This document shows, piece by piece, positions 38,308-39,432 of a stretch of DNA of 39,432 bases (position 1 is its first letter; every line of letters starts with the position of its first letter). Position numbers and translations under genes: made by a program. The notes under the pieces are model-generated. The model was given only the letters and a program-made list of their open reading frames with translations, was not told the DNA's origin and made no database searches. Origin of the DNA: a bacterium. GTDB taxonomy: Bacteria > JADJOY01. Location: the NCBI GenBank assembly GCA_046331705.1, contig JAXLQJ010000007.1:186001-225432 (forward strand), in the 5' to 3' direction.

Positions 38308-39432
38308 TCAACCGAGCCGCTCGAGAATCGTCACGTTCGCCTGACCGCCGCCCTCGCACATCGTCTGCAGGCCGAAGCGACCCTTGCTGCGCTCGAGCTC
38401 GCTCAAGAGCGTGGTCATGAGCCGGGCACCCGTGGCACCGAGCGGATGGCCGAGCGCGATGGCGCCGCCGTTCACGTTCACCTTCGCGGGGTCCGCACCG
38501 GTCTCCTTGATCCACGCCAGCACCACCGAGGCGAAGGCCTCGTTGATCTCGACCGCGGCCACGTCGCCGATCTTCATGCCCGCCTTCTTGAGCGCATACG
38601 CCGTCGCGGGAATGGGCGCGGTCAGCATCCACACCGGATCGGCGCCGCGGACGCTCATGTGGTGGACGCGGGCGCGCGGCACGAGCCCGTGCTCCTTCAC
38701 CGCCCGCTCCGACGCGACCAGGATCGCCGCCGCGCCATCGGAGATCTGGCTCGAGACGGCGGCGGTGAGGCGCCCGCCCTCCGCCAGCGTCTTGAGCGTG
38801 GCCATCTGCTCCAAGGTGGTGCCGCGCCGCGGCCCTTCGTCGCGCGAGACGCCGTTGAGCGGCGCGATCTCGCGCTCGAAACGGCCCTCGTCCTGGGCGC
38901 GGATCGCGCGCTCGTGGCTGGCGAGCGCGAAACGTTCCATCTCCTCGCGGCTGCAATCCCACTTGGCGGCGATCATCTCCGCGGCGCGGAACTGCGAGAC
39001 CTCTTGCCCCGCGTAGCGCTCCTGCCAGCCCTGCGAGCCCGAGAACGGGTCGGTGAAGCCGAGCTGGGTGGCGACGGTCATCGCCGACGCGATCGGGATC
39101 TGGCTCATGTTCTGGACGCCGCCCGCCACCACCAGGTCCTGGGTGCCGCTCATCACCGCTTGCGCGGCGAAATGCACCGCCTGCTGCGACGATCCGCACT
39201 GGCGGTCGACGGTGGTGCCGGGCACCTCGTCCGGCAGACCGGCCGCGAGCCAGCAAGTCCGCGCGATGTCTCCCGCCTGCGGGCCGATGGTGTCGACGCA
39301 ACCGAAGACCACGTCCTCGACCGCCGCCGGGTCGACACCGGTGCGCTTCATCAGCTCACGGAGCACGTGCGCGCCCAGGTCCGCCGGATGGACCTGGCTG
39401 AGCCCGCCCTTGCGCTTGCCCACGGGCGTACG
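38308..39432 (-). CDS. fadA6: FadA6 thiolase of HIP catabolism, 5'-truncated by the window edge
   Basis: Frame is open to the edge (RTPVGKR). [48 protein letters not shown]. Confidence 0.88.
   Translation of the reverse strand, partial: RTPVGKRKGGLSQVHPADLGAHVLRELMKRTGVDPAAVEDVVFGCVDTIGPQAGDIARTCWLAAGLPDEVPGTTVDRQCGSSQQAVHFAAQAVMSGTQDLVVAGGVQNMSQIPIASAMTVATQLGFTDPFSGSQGWQERYAGQEVSQFRAAEMIAAKWDCSREEMERFALASHERAIRAQDEGRFEREIAPLNGVSRDEGPRRGTTLEQMATLKTLAEGGRLTAAVSSQISDGAAAILVASERAVKEHGLVPRARVHHMSVRGADPVWMLTAPIPATAYALKKAGMKIGDVAAVEINEAFASVVLAWIKETGADPAKVNVNGGAIALGHPLGATGARLMTTLLSELERSKGRFGLQTMCEGGGQANVTILERLG

Overview
GC-rich (~70% by eye) bacterial chromosomal segment, densely coding. I saw no rRNA, tRNA, CRISPR array or mobile element. 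Two beta-barrel outer-membrane proteins, lipoproteins and a multiheme c-type cytochrome indicate a diderm (Gram-negative-type) host rather than an actinobacterium; Myxococcota/Binatia-like is a guess. Contents in order: the 3' part of kup; an operon of two tandem FadL/OMPP1-family channels plus a PQQ-type beta-propeller dehydrogenase lipoprotein; amidohydrolase, SDRs, a Moco protein, a crotonase, a flavin reductase, a secreted START/SRPBCC protein and a thiolase; sucA-sucB-lpdA; a membrane-anchored pentaheme cytochrome; 4-hydroxybutyryl-CoA dehydratase plus PAP2; FKBP PPIase; ALDH; a DUF35 + thiolase-like Ltp pair; an orphan lipoprotein; and an 11-gene minus-strand operon for steroid C/D-ring (HIP) catabolism (fadA6, two SDRs, echA20, ipdABC, fadE31/32/33/30). 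The most striking non-genic signal is an identical 19-bp AT-rich sequence (GACTAGAACACGTTTCACT) in two promoter regions 18.7 kb apart. Its core matches the actinobacterial KstR cholesterol-repressor operator TnnAACnnGTTnnA. Together these suggest a steroid uptake-and-degradation system with KstR-type control in a diderm bacterium, where FadL channels, a PQQ-type lipoprotein and a periplasmic START protein are candidate substitutes for Mce4. All family calls come from remembered motifs; no searches were run.
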